This document shows, piece after piece, positions 51,901-62,913 of a stretch of 64,000 nt of DNA. Source of the stretch: Lingula anatina (lineage: Eukaryota > Animalia > Brachiopoda); assembly GCA_051362555.1 (NCBI GenBank), contig CM120649.1, positions 14,880,001 through 14,944,000 on the forward strand. Direction: 5' to 3'. The notes below the pieces were generated by a model. The model saw only the letters and a program-made list of their open reading frames with translations. It searched no databases and had not been told where the DNA came from. The stretch's first letter is position 1, and each line of letters begins with the position of its first letter. A program made the translations under genes and the position numbers.

Positions 51901-54900
51901 CCTTGCGTGCCAGGAGGCCCTCCTGTACCTGAAGGCCCTTCAGTTCCTGGAGGTCCATTCGATCCTGGTGGACCTCCTGTCCCTGGTGGTCCTTCAGTTC
52001 CGGGGGGTCCATTGTTTCCTAGTGGCCCACTGGTCCCAGGTGGTGCTCCAGTTCCTGGTGGCCCACTACTTCCCGGTGGTCCCATGGTTCCTGGTAGTCC
52101 AACTGTTGCTGGAGGGCCACCAGATCCCGGAGGACCACTGGATGCAGGAGGACCGCCTGTTCCTGGTGGACCATTTGTTCCAGGAGGACCTTCTGTGCTA
52201 GGAGGCCCGCCTGAGCCTGGTGGACCAGAAGTGCTAGGTGGACCCCCAGTCCCTGGACCACCCCCAGTTCCCGGGGGTCCACTGGTTCCCGGTGGTCCGT
52301 TCGTCCCTGGTGGACCCGCAGGAGCTACAATTGTTTTTTTTTATGTGTATTGAGTAAAAGGAAATAATAAAATGCAATATGTTGATATCCATTTTCAATT
52401 CAGATCAACTCTAAAATCATTCATTTTCTATTGGTTTTTCTTGTCTACATTGACGCGATATATCATAGAAAAATAGTAAAGTTAGGTTCTCGTTCAGCAC
52501 ATCCAACAAAAGAGAGTAATATCGACATAACTATACGATTATTATGCCGTGTGTAAATAGCAATAAGACGGCCATGTCTCAAATTACATTACCTATCCAT
52601 AAAGCTCTGCAGAAGAATCGAAATGGGAGTTCACACGGAGCGGACTTCCACTCAAATGTATCGAAACGTTGCACGGCACAATCCATTCCTAGTTTTGGCT
52701 GTTCTGTTTCCCATACATTAAAATCATCTGCAGTTCCATCGGTCCATTCGTAGGTGCCTGCATTGTTTCTGTTGTAGCCTATTAAGGCGAGACCGCCTCT
52801 AAGGAAAGGAAAATATGAATCAAATGGTAGCGCATGCTCACCGCGGATATCAAATCCACTATATTATGGAGTAGGGGACGTGGCACGCTTTTACTGATCC
52901 CCGAGGAATCCAAGAAATCTCAGGGTCAGCAACACATTTTTAATACCAAGAGTGAAAACGGAGCGTTTTAAATCATCCTTCATAATGCACAGTCTTTTAA
53001 ATTTCATGTAAAATACTGCTCCAAATTGTCTTATAAGTCTTGTTTTAAAGCTTTAGTCTTTTAGTTTATAATTTTTTAGTTACTTTTAAATACACGTATG
53101 ATTTTATTATGATAAATTGTAAAACTTCAACCTTTGGGTTGCGATTCTAGCAAACAAATTATTATTATTATTATTAGAAAAGAATTACGGATTGCATCTT
53201 AATACCTCCTTCTATGAAGCTCAAAGATTCTCGTCGCCAAGTTGCTACTTCACAGGTAAATTGTATTAGTTTACATGAACCCCGGTGTCTCTACGGCTAG
53301 GAAGTAAAGCAGACCGGTGAAAGCAACATTTATGACACCTTAAATATGTACAGTGTAATAAGCTCTCTTATTACACGCTATTGTTGTGTCAGATTTGCAT
53401 TTTACTACGGTAGGTCCTACTTGATTTTCTTTATATTCAAATCTGCATTGGACAGGATCCTATCATATTATATTGTAATAACCAGTCGGTGGTTATACAC
53501 TTGTTCGTAGAGTTACTTTTTCACCAATAAGTCAACTGAGACAGGCAGGAATAGTTTTCTGCTACATGATTTATTATTTTATTTGGCAAAAAGACTATGA
53601 ACTGTCATAAACATTTGAACTCCTGTGTAGTTGCACACCAATGTTTGTTGTTCCTGTTATCGTTTGCATATTCAATTTAACTGTTACTCCTATTACTTTG
53701 TAGTTTACTTGTTTTCACACACTAGTGACCTCTCATGGATCATTGAAACATTTCAGTCTTTCTAATGACTTTGGTTATCAGTAAACCTAAAGACTTGGGG
53801 GGAGATATAGGATTATTATTTATGTAGACTTATGTAATTTACTCTTCTGTTTCAGATAGCGATCATTGTCAAGTTGGACCAATAAACGCTAAACGACCAA
53901 TAGTACAGTGTACTTATTTAATTTAAGTAAGTATAAACACATAACTTAAGCTTAAATACGAGTTAAAAATACCTGGCGTGAATTTGTATTCATTTTATTA
54001 TTTTTTTGGGGGGGGTAGGGGGGGGGGTTCACCAGTCATTCTTTACTTGAACCTAATTTTCATGACTAAACAAGATAACTGTCTCGAACAGAGATTCATG
54101 CAGGTTATGGAAGTATGTTGATAAACATTACAAATACAATGGTAAAGTTAACAATTTTTAAAAAAGGACACAAAGTAATTAAATGTCTGTTTTATCAAAT
54201 GTGTTATTTTTTTGTGTCTCGTGTAAATATGTTGAATTCAAATAATACCCCCTTTAAATGTAAAAAAAAAAAAAAAAAAAAGCATTTAGACAATACGAAC
54301 TGCAAAAATTTATCCACAACTCATATTTGTAAACAGGTTATAATATTTTCATGAATTTCGTGAGGACCGGCGGATCCAATATTTGTCATGAGAAAACGAA
54401 TTTTTGAGAAAACACTGAAATTTTGTATGGACATTTTGTAATTAATAAAAGATAAAACAAATTTCTATCCGTCTTTTCTTGATGCATAGACCGTATGAAT
54501 ATAATGAATCTATCTGCTGATTATTCATTTAATAGTGAGCTGACTTTACTACATACTGCATGTAGGAAATGTTCCTTTTGCGTATTCCTTTTTTATACCA
54601 CAAAACTTCCCTTGATGAGAAATGCTATTCGTATGAGGTCTAAATTTCACAATAAAAACATTGTGAACAGCTCATAGAAACATGACATATTCTGTTTTAC
54701 CACAAAAACGGCAGTTATAGATCACAGGTTTCAAACGTCTGCACATGCGCGAAAAGTGCGCTGTTTGAAATAAACAAATGATGAAATTGACAAAGCCTGC
54801 CGGTGTTTACCGTCTGGTTGATTTGATTTAATTTGCTTTCTGGTGTTGTTTTGAGCGCCTGTTCTAATTATTGAAAGCGAGGCAATGGAACCAAACAATG

Positions 54901-56286
54901 CGATACAATTTGTAATCTCGTAAAAATTGCTATTTTTAAATAAAGGTCATAGCATGGAGTACATCGAAATGCGACTTGTTTATTATTATGACCTTTAATA
55001 ATAATTAATATAAAACAAACGATATAATACGTTCTTAACGTTGGCCTATTTATTAGCTTAATTGATTTTTTTAGTATTTGGAGATTAAAAACACAAAAGT
55101 TGTCTGGTTTCATATCGAGGCACCACGTATCGTTCTTGTGCACAGTTATAGCTATTATTTTGATATCTGAGCTTGTCTTCAGACCACGTGACCCCCATGG
55201 CTACACTCTGTTATTATCACCTTTAGAGATTATAACAAAAAAGAAACTTTTTAGAAAAAAACCAGGGACTAACTTTGATTGTAAATATATTCATTAACCA
55301 TTGGTAAGTATGGGAAAATTGTTGTTTATTCCAGGAAAATTAATCTTTTTGCCAAAACGAAGAGTTATTATCCCGTAAATTTTGTTAAAACTTGTATCAA
55401 CAAAATATTTATTCATTTTCTTTTCACTTCATAAAATATAATTTTGAGATAAGTTAGTAGAGTAGTTCTTAAATATGGAAGGTGATAAGGTGCAGCAAAT
55501 TTTAGGGTCATTCGAAGGCTCTTTTGTGTACTTGTACTTGTATCATGCTAGCAGGAAATTTTTATTCACCCTCCATGTTTAACAACTGTAGAGGAATATC
55601 AGAAGACACTTTTAGTAAAAGCCATTCAAGTCTTCGTGGTAGTTCAGTTCAGTTCAGTTTATTTTATTTAAGTCTCACCCATAAGATAAAAAAATAAAAA
55701 CAATAAAAGTTAAAACAGTAATTACAACTAGGCAGTTCTATAGAGAACTATGAGAGACTAAAAACTAATTACAGTTTAAAAATACATAAAATTTCTTAAC
55801 CCTAAGAAAAGGCGACAGGCTTTGGCAGTGCTATGCTAAAAATCATTTCTGGATCGTCAATCAGGCACTGAGAATAAAATCGGAGTCCAAGTGACTCCAA
55901 ACTTGGAGTCCAGCAGTGGTAAATAACTCCCAATTGGAGTCAAGCTGACTCCGATGGAGTAACGCCATTCCAGACCCCACAGAAAGGTCACAATTGACTC
56001 TTTTCACACATCACTTCATCCCTTGATTTATCTCTACAAAAGAGTCACCATGACCCCATATTAAGGTCTTTTTGACTCCTTGGCTCATTATGGAAAATAA
56101 AGCAATTATAGTGCCGAGCGGGGAGACAGCGGGTATCATTTATAATAAACCGGTACGTCCCTGGCAGGGCTCGTACCTACGACCTCCCGCTCCGGAGGCG
56201 GACACTCTAACCACGAAGCCATCCGGTCGCATGTAATGCTAAATAATAATAACAAACACTTTGTAAATCTGGTAATAAACAGCATG

Positions 56287-56317
<31 letters not shown>

Positions 56318-59300
56318 TATCAATGAGTGGGCATACCTCCCCAGCGACATGCATTGGCGGGTCAAACCTACAACCTGGAAACAAAACCTGCTGACCTGTA
56401 TACCAACATATCACATAAAGCCTTAAAGGGTGTGGGCAACTGAAAGCCCGGGCCAGTGATAAGTGCACGAGTTCTGTATGCAGAAACACACAGAAAACTA
56501 CTTGTTCATGCATAAAACCAACTATGGCCAATAAAGTCATGTTTATACTGACAAAGGTTGATGAAAACTGTTCTCTCCACGCCGTCTGACTCTGATTTTA
56601 GAGTCAGATTGACTCCATGAGAGTCAGGGGGTGATTGACTCTGATAAGAGAGTCTAAAGACTCTGGTAGTGGGGTAATTTGACCATTATATAGGAGTCAA
56701 ATTAACTCCATGAGGGTCAAGGGGTGCTGGACTCTGACTAGAGAGCCAAATGACTCCATTTTTATTCTCAGTGGGAAAAAAATGCTTTGTTCATCCAATA
56801 AATCAAAATCCGGCTTAAAACATTTAGCAGTTCTAATTAAATCAGTACGATGATCATTAAAAAATGGACAATTAATTAAGAAATGAATCCCATCCTCAAC
56901 ACAACCTGATTCACAGAGTACACACGTTCTCTCCAGGATTTGAAGTTTTTCATACCGTCCAGTTTCTATTCTGAGTGGGCCGGGCCACCCCACATCTCAT
57001 TTTAGCCAATGTCCGCCGATACTTGAGCGATAAAGTTGGTTTCTTAATGTATTCACTAACTACCAAGTCTTGCTTAAACAATCTGAATGGCTTAAGCTTA
57101 TTTCCACCTCCATTTCTACGTGGGGTATCATCCCATAGGTTCGCCCACCAATCGGAGTGACAACCAAAAGCTACACTCTCCCTAACACAATTAAGTGTAC
57201 TAGCCTTGAGTATATCATTGTCAGTTAAGTACAGGTGGCTTACTCCCATATCGCTAAATTTACCTTTAACCCTAGTTATCCAAATTTTCTTTCCATTGTT
57301 TGATACACGTAAACTCCATAAAAACACCTTTTTAGTTAACCTATTACAATCCATATTAACTAATCTACACTAAAAATTTGTCACATTAATTAACTGTTTT
57401 TCAAAAGGTGAAGTCCATCCCATTTCAGAACGGGTGGCAGCGGCTGGGGTGTACCCACGCCCAAAAATACCTGCAAGCTCTATTGAAAACAGCATTAATC
57501 TGACTAAATTCCTGGAGTCCCCATATAGCAGAACTATATTCTAACACAGGAGCTACAAGTGCATCGTATAATTTCGTTAAGCATGCATAGGGCATGCTTC
57601 CACAAGCCTTGCATTTTGAAAACCAGAAGACCTAGAGCTCTACTTGCAGACTTAGCTATACATGATACCGTCTTATTCGCATCAAAGTGCTCAAAATACC
57701 ACATATCCAAGTATTTATATTTTTCAACAATATTTACTGTAAAATTGCCAGATTTAAAAACATAATTTGTCCTAGGTATTTTAGGTGACCTAAAATTAAC
57801 TTTTTGGGTCTTGTCCTCATTCAGAGTCAACTGCCATTTATAACACCACTTGTGCACTAGCTACATCAAGCATTGACTGTAAATCCTCCTCATTCTTGGC
57901 CAAAAGCACAACGTCATCTGCATAAAGGAGCAAACAAATCAGCTCATCATTGGCATTAATGCCCTCACCCAGAGCTTTAAGATTATGTACCATATCATGA
58001 ATATAAATGTCGAAGAGTAAAGGTGACAGCATGCACACCTGTTTTACTCCAGTTTCAATGTCAAAGAAAGCTGTTGTATAGTTATTTGCCCTAACACAGC
58101 ACTTTGGGTTATCATATAGAGCCTGGAGGGAATTCATAAAATTTCCGCATATTACTAGTTTAAATAATTTATACCATAAAAGAGACCTATTAATTCTGTC
58201 GAATGCTTTTCTTGCATCGATGTAACACGCATATTTGCTCTGCTTTTGCTTTAAACTATTTTCTATTATACTGGACATTACATACATGTGATCTAAACAC
58301 CCACGGTCTTGTCCAAAACCATTTTGCTCGTCAACTATTATTTCATTATCTTCGGCCCACTTCGATAATCTCCTGTTCAGAATAGATGTGTATATGTTAT
58401 ATATGCTAGATGATAATGTTTTCCCTCTTTATTCTAATGGATCACATAAATTAACACCATTACCTTTAGGTATGGGATTAATGACGGACCTAAGCCAATC
58501 GCTAGGGATAACAGAATTAGCAAAACAGTACTTAAATAGGTTATACAAAAATATAATAGTTGTATTGTTCTTTAAAACCTTCGAAGGCAGGTCATCAAGG
58601 CCGGGGCTTTTACCACACTTAGCACCATTAACTGCAAGCTCAACTTCTTTTAACGTAATATCAGTGTTAAGACTGGCACTCAGATCTGGTGTATCCAGTT
58701 CACCCTGTCTATATCGCACGAAAACGAAGTAGATACTCCAGCGCAGTAGACTACTGCAATCATACTGCAAACATGCTTCAAATCTGCTTCGATGTGGGAG
58801 CTAATTAGCATATTTGAAACATGCTTCTATCATGCTGCTAATCTACTGCATTAATGCTCCTCCTCTGTACAACCCTATGTAATTTTTGAAGTAGAATTGC
58901 AGTAGGCTATACTGCATTTCTACTGCAAATATGCTCCACACCACTACTGCGTTAATGCTTCTTTGCTACTTCGATGCTACTTCATTTTCTTGCATTTTCT
59001 GCCCTTATATAACTCTTAAGTATCTCAGTTGTATCCAAAGGATGCCACCAGAAAAGTCATCTAGTACAGTAACATTAAAATCGTTTATGAGTTTCTTAGT
59101 AATTAAAAATCCTACCCCTCCAGAGCCAGACCTAGCCCTGTTGTGCATTAGTCTATTGTGGCCAAACCAAATGTAGCTGTTGATATCAATCTTGTCACAG
59201 TTACTGGAGCACAGATGTGTCTCCGCTAACCCTACAATTTCCATCTCCTGTTCTATTATTATGGATGACAAAATTGCATGTTTATCCTGATTGGAAGTCC

Positions 59301-62300
59301 AACCACTAATGTTCCAAAAGCCTGCGCGGACCTATTTCCTTGTTTGTCTTCCGTTGTTACTCTTCTTCCTGCCTGCCCTGTTATCATTGTCGCTCTTCCT
59401 GCCTGTCCTACTATCATTGTGGTCAACCTGGAGGTCCCTCTAATGTGGAGTTTCCCTTTCCCTGAATTAATATGGTTCACAATTGCACGGATATTGTTAC
59501 TTGTTCTACGTTGCTCTGCAGTTGTGAATTCTTCTATGGACACATTTTTGAAGTTCCTTGAGTTTTTTTAGCTTTTTTTTTGGCTTTGAGGATTTCCTTT
59601 CTGTCTTCTGGTTTTGAACACTTGGCTATTACTAAACCAGGTAGATCCTCTCTACGGCTGGGTTTATACGCACTACAGAAACAAACCTGACATCTGGTAA
59701 TCGTAGTCCATCCTTAATTAGGCCCTCTACTTTCGAATCAATGTTTTCATTGCTAGATGTCACCAGATTCTTAATCACTATCGAGTCGGTAATGTTCTCA
59801 GTTCTATTATTATTTGGTTTTTCAGCAGATTCTAGTTCACTCACCCTCAGTGTCGGAGTGTCAATTTGGTCCTGGAACTCGGTCCTTATCGTGTCTATTT
59901 CTTGTTTCAACACTTGAGATAACCCCTCCTCGAGTCTGTCGAGACGGTCACACATCGAGTCACTCATTTGTGTCAACATTGCAAACTTTGTTTTGTTATC
60001 TATATATGAATCGTCCTCCCCTTTCTGCCTTTTAGGGGATGACAAATTACTGAGTTTATTCATTCCCGACCTATGTCTTTTTCTCGGTATTGCAATTGGG
60101 CTGAAAAAGGTATCTCCAGATTCACATTCACTGTCACTTACATCCGCCTGATGCACTTGTGCAGTTGCAATCACCTTGTTGACATATTCTATCACTATCA
60201 GCCATCCTACCGTGAGTAGTTGTCACTACGTCACTGTACAGTGAATCTGGGCCTTACGTAGGAGTTGCTATACAAACTTTAGTTTGACTTAACAGTTGGT
60301 TGATTGTCCTAAAGGATAACAGCGTGTAAAACAAGACGGAGTCATATCTTGAATGAAGGAATAGCGCTCAAGAATGGTTACATACGCGACGTGTAGGATT
60401 CTCCCCTGCGGATTTTAATAGCATTACAGTTACGATAATAGTTTTAAAGGTTCTAATCGGTATTTTGTATTCTGAGACATTCAAGCCTTTCCTCAGCCTA
60501 AAATCAAAAAATCAAAAACTGATCAAATGCTAGCATATAGTTTCAAGTAGTATAACTAAGACAATTACCACAAGACATTGTTTAATTTTACCCGAAAATG
60601 ATGTTTGAACGCATTTTTCTGCTAGCATTCTATGCTGTATGTCAATGGGACAAAAAAGTAGGTCACAAAAGTAAGTTAAATTTCCGACCAAAAATTTAAA
60701 GAAAGGAGCAGTCTAAGACTGGGTTCCCATACTTATGATCCACCTAGATCAACCTAACTCCCTGGGGGTTCACGCTAAATAGCTATCAGCTCAATAGGCT
60801 TAAATGTCTGTCACGCCTTCCGAATCAGCTAGAGTAAAGATAATTACCCCCTAACAGCTTTACTAGGCGTGACAAACATTTAAGCCGGTTAAGTTGATCG
60901 CAATTTAGTGAGACTCCCCATGGAGATAGATCCATCCAAAATCTGTGTGAATGGTCTCTAAAGCTCTTTTATGGCTGATCGAGTGATCTATTCATTTCAT
61001 CCCTTGGCATGTCGAATTTATTTGAGTCGTATAAGAAACTAGTAGAAGTGGTTTACATGTGTTACTGGGAATCCACCGATGCTCAGTTTGTACGTACCTT
61101 TAAACTATTCCTTTTTTCGACTAATTCAGTGGATCAAAGTTTGTTTCTAGCTAAACCTGATAGATGTGCCAATTAATCTATAGACGGAAAAGTGGCTTCA
61201 CCCATAGAATCGTTGATGTTGTGACTGTTTTAACCAGTATACGCAAACTAAAATTTAGAAATAAAGTACATGAAGGGAGCGCTTCATCCCCTAATACATT
61301 TACATGATAATTTTTCTTTGCTCGTTTGAGTGTATCGAACTTGAACATAGAATATATGACCATTATATCAACTCACGATTCTTGAAAACCTCCAAGGAAG
61401 GTGTTTTCTTCTGCACTGTGAACACTCGCTAGATGTCCCATAAGGAACGTGGCACAAAATGCCTCTGCCTCCGCGAAGGGTATATCCAAGAGGGAGAAAA
61501 AGTAGCAGTAACCATTTGGTCCATATAATGTCCAGCCGTCTGGGCAAGCTGGAGTGAAGGTATGGAAACGTAGAACACTTATCTGTACGTCACAGTGGTT
61601 ATATTATATGGTGATATATAACAAGTGATATTTTCTCGGCAGTAGAAATAGGCACTTGTAAAGAAATAACTACTAATATACAAAGATAGACCAGCTGAAA
61701 TTCATTGTTAAAAATGAATGTTAGTTTACCGGACAATGCCTTTCTAGTAAAGTTGCATCCGTATATATCCTCTAGCTTCCCCTAGCTCTTCTGTTGATAT
61801 GTTAGTAAACACAGTCTAAAATAAAAGCCCTCCTTGTTTCAAAATTTAAAAAGCAGAGTGACTTAAAAGGAACGCTGGACACAGTAAACACCACCCCTTC
61901 TCAAAAGTAAAGCCGATCCAATCATGCCCTCCATAGCAACTACAGTACATTATGGTCTTTTCGTCACTTTTCCTTTGACGAAACGTGCGTGTAACAAATT
62001 CAGTGCCCTGTTGTTTTGATAATTGAGTTGCTCATCAGCCAATGGTTTATTTTATTATTAGTGAAATCACTCTATGCTCACCATCCCTTTCCTGTCGCCA
62101 GCAATATCAAAGGGGAGCGAGTGCCCTTTTCCAAAAGAAAACAGACATTTTGCCCCCTTTGTCGGTCCAACTTGGGAAAGACACAGAGCCGAGATCGAAT
62201 TTAGACCACAAAGAACAGTGACTTACTTTGATTAAAATGCTTCTCATAGTTCTGTGCTTCAGATCCACCGATAAGTTTTGCATCCAACTCCTATTGTCAA

Positions 62301-62778
62301 ATGTCTTTCTTGACGACAATTACTGTAGTTGTAAGAGACATTTTAAAATGTGATTCAAAGCCGAGCTTTTTTCGATCAAAAGGGTACTTTTTAAAATCTA
62401 CCACCTATACAAAAAGAGTTATCATATATGGTAGTAAATTTTACATTTTTTCTATAGATGACACATTTCTACATGGTGACCTTGTAGCGTTGGCTTAAAC
62501 ATTAAGTGACATTAGGCGAAGGATTTATTAAAACGCATATGATAAATGTTATTGTAAATGTATACACACCACAGTATAAGAACCTAATTGAGCAAAATAT
62601 AATAATAAAGGACTGTGATAGAAGCTGAAGTTAAGCGTTAGGTGAATAGTTTTACTCAAATAAAAAAATGAATAATCTTCAATATATATTTACCGGTATG
62701 TAGTTCTGATTGGTTTTCAACTCATTCTCACCTGATATACATACGGGTCGGAAGACAAACAACAATACTAAAATGTAC
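48740..62778 (-). CDS. C-type lectin - collagen - TM protein, copy B (intact; exon 1 lies beyond the window end; about 628 aa)
   Basis: Exons at 62778-62732, 61548-61377, 52798-52593, 52324-51434, 51191-50856 and 48963-48740. All are GT-AG and phase-compatible, summing to 1887 nt with an 11-nt exon 1 like that of copy A. Confidence 0.88.
49305..50833. mobile_element. Foldback-type element with about 565-bp inverted arms in the last intron of copy B
   Basis: 49305-49873 is the reverse complement of about 50252-50833 at high identity, around a ~380-bp spacer. Absent from the 307-bp homologous intron of copy A. TSD and superfamily unresolved. Confidence 0.85.
50856..51191 (-). CDS. Copy B exon 6: collagen segment plus Thr-rich stalk
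   Basis: [21 protein letters not shown]...[16 protein letters not shown]. 336 nt, phase 1-1. Confidence 0.85.
51434..52324 (-). CDS. Copy B exon 5: collagen-like (GPP-GTx)n domain, 297 codons
   Basis: tgtag|CT CCT GCG GGT CCA CCA ... CCA AAA G|gtaaga. 891 nt, open reading frame. Confidence 0.9.
52593..52798 (-). CDS. Copy B exon 4: C-terminal half of the C-type lectin domain (not in the ORF track)
   Basis: Hand translation: [68 protein letters not shown]. 206 nt, phase 2-1. Confidence 0.88.
54640..55377. mobile_element. Partial, longer copy of the Kolobok-like family
   Basis: Matches 32935-33241 but has about 430 bp extra between two CAGTTATAG repeats (54712 and 55143). Ends GAAGAGTTATTATCCCG. 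Confidence 0.65.
55866..56773. mobile_element. Non-autonomous CACTA/EnSpm-like element inserted in the LINE 3' end
   Basis: GG|CACTGAGAATAAAA...TTTTATTCTCAGTG|GG (2-bp TSD), with many subterminal GGAGTC/GACTCC repeats. LINE coding sequence resumes on the far side. Confidence 0.85.
56111..56230 (-). mobile_element. tRNA-derived SINE 5' fragment (possibly with a Meta-type central domain)
   Basis: A box TGGCTTCGTGGTTAGAG and B box GGTACGAGCCC, followed by ATAAATGATACCCGCTGTCTCCCCGCTCGGCACT. No complete cloverleaf. Confidence 0.65.
58714..58993. mobile_element. Small inverted-repeat insertion interrupting LINE ORF2
   Basis: GCACGAAAACGAAGTAG...CTACTTCATTTTCTTGC with internal CTACTGCA repeats. 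LINE homology breaks here. Confidence 0.5.
60717..60958. mobile_element. Harbinger-like MITE of the same family as 33997-34211, inverted
   Basis: Flanked by TAA; shares CCTAACTCCCTGGGGGTTCA.GCTAAAT and GAGACTCCCCA.GG.GATAGATC. Confidence 0.7.
61377..61548 (-). CDS. Copy B exon 3: N-terminal half of the C-type lectin domain (not in the ORF track)
   Basis: [58 protein letters not shown]. 172 nt, phase 1-2. Confidence 0.9.
62732..62778 (-). CDS. Copy B exon 2: signal peptide
   Basis: tttcag|G TAC ATT TTA GTA TTG TTG...TCA G|gtgaga, encoding [15 protein letters not shown]. Confidence 0.78.
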
Positions 62779-62880
62779 CTGAAATAAACAAGATGAATAT
62801 CACGTAAATCAGCAAAGATGGTCATGAGTTTGGTATAAAGATTATAAATGATGATTTGAATACAAGCTGAAAATATTTGC

Positions 62881-62882
<2 letters not shown>

Positions 62883-62913
<31 letters not shown>

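Larger units (their letters stand above)
55641..60300 (-). mobile_element. Degenerate near-full-length LINE (APE-RT type; clade uncertain, RTE-X/CR1-like) in intron 3 of copy B
   Basis: ORF1-like 59632..60195; APE motifs GLAETHL and GGVGFLI; KSPGLD; RT LSPLLF and LLYADD; C-terminal ETGRY..CxxC..HFLINCP; 3' (TGAAC)n tail at about 55641-55660. Many frameshifts; the 5' end is approximate. Confidence 0.88.

Noticed and set aside
56150-56230. tRNA gene
   Set aside because: B box is degenerate, there is no closing acceptor stem or terminator, and a SINE-type body follows.
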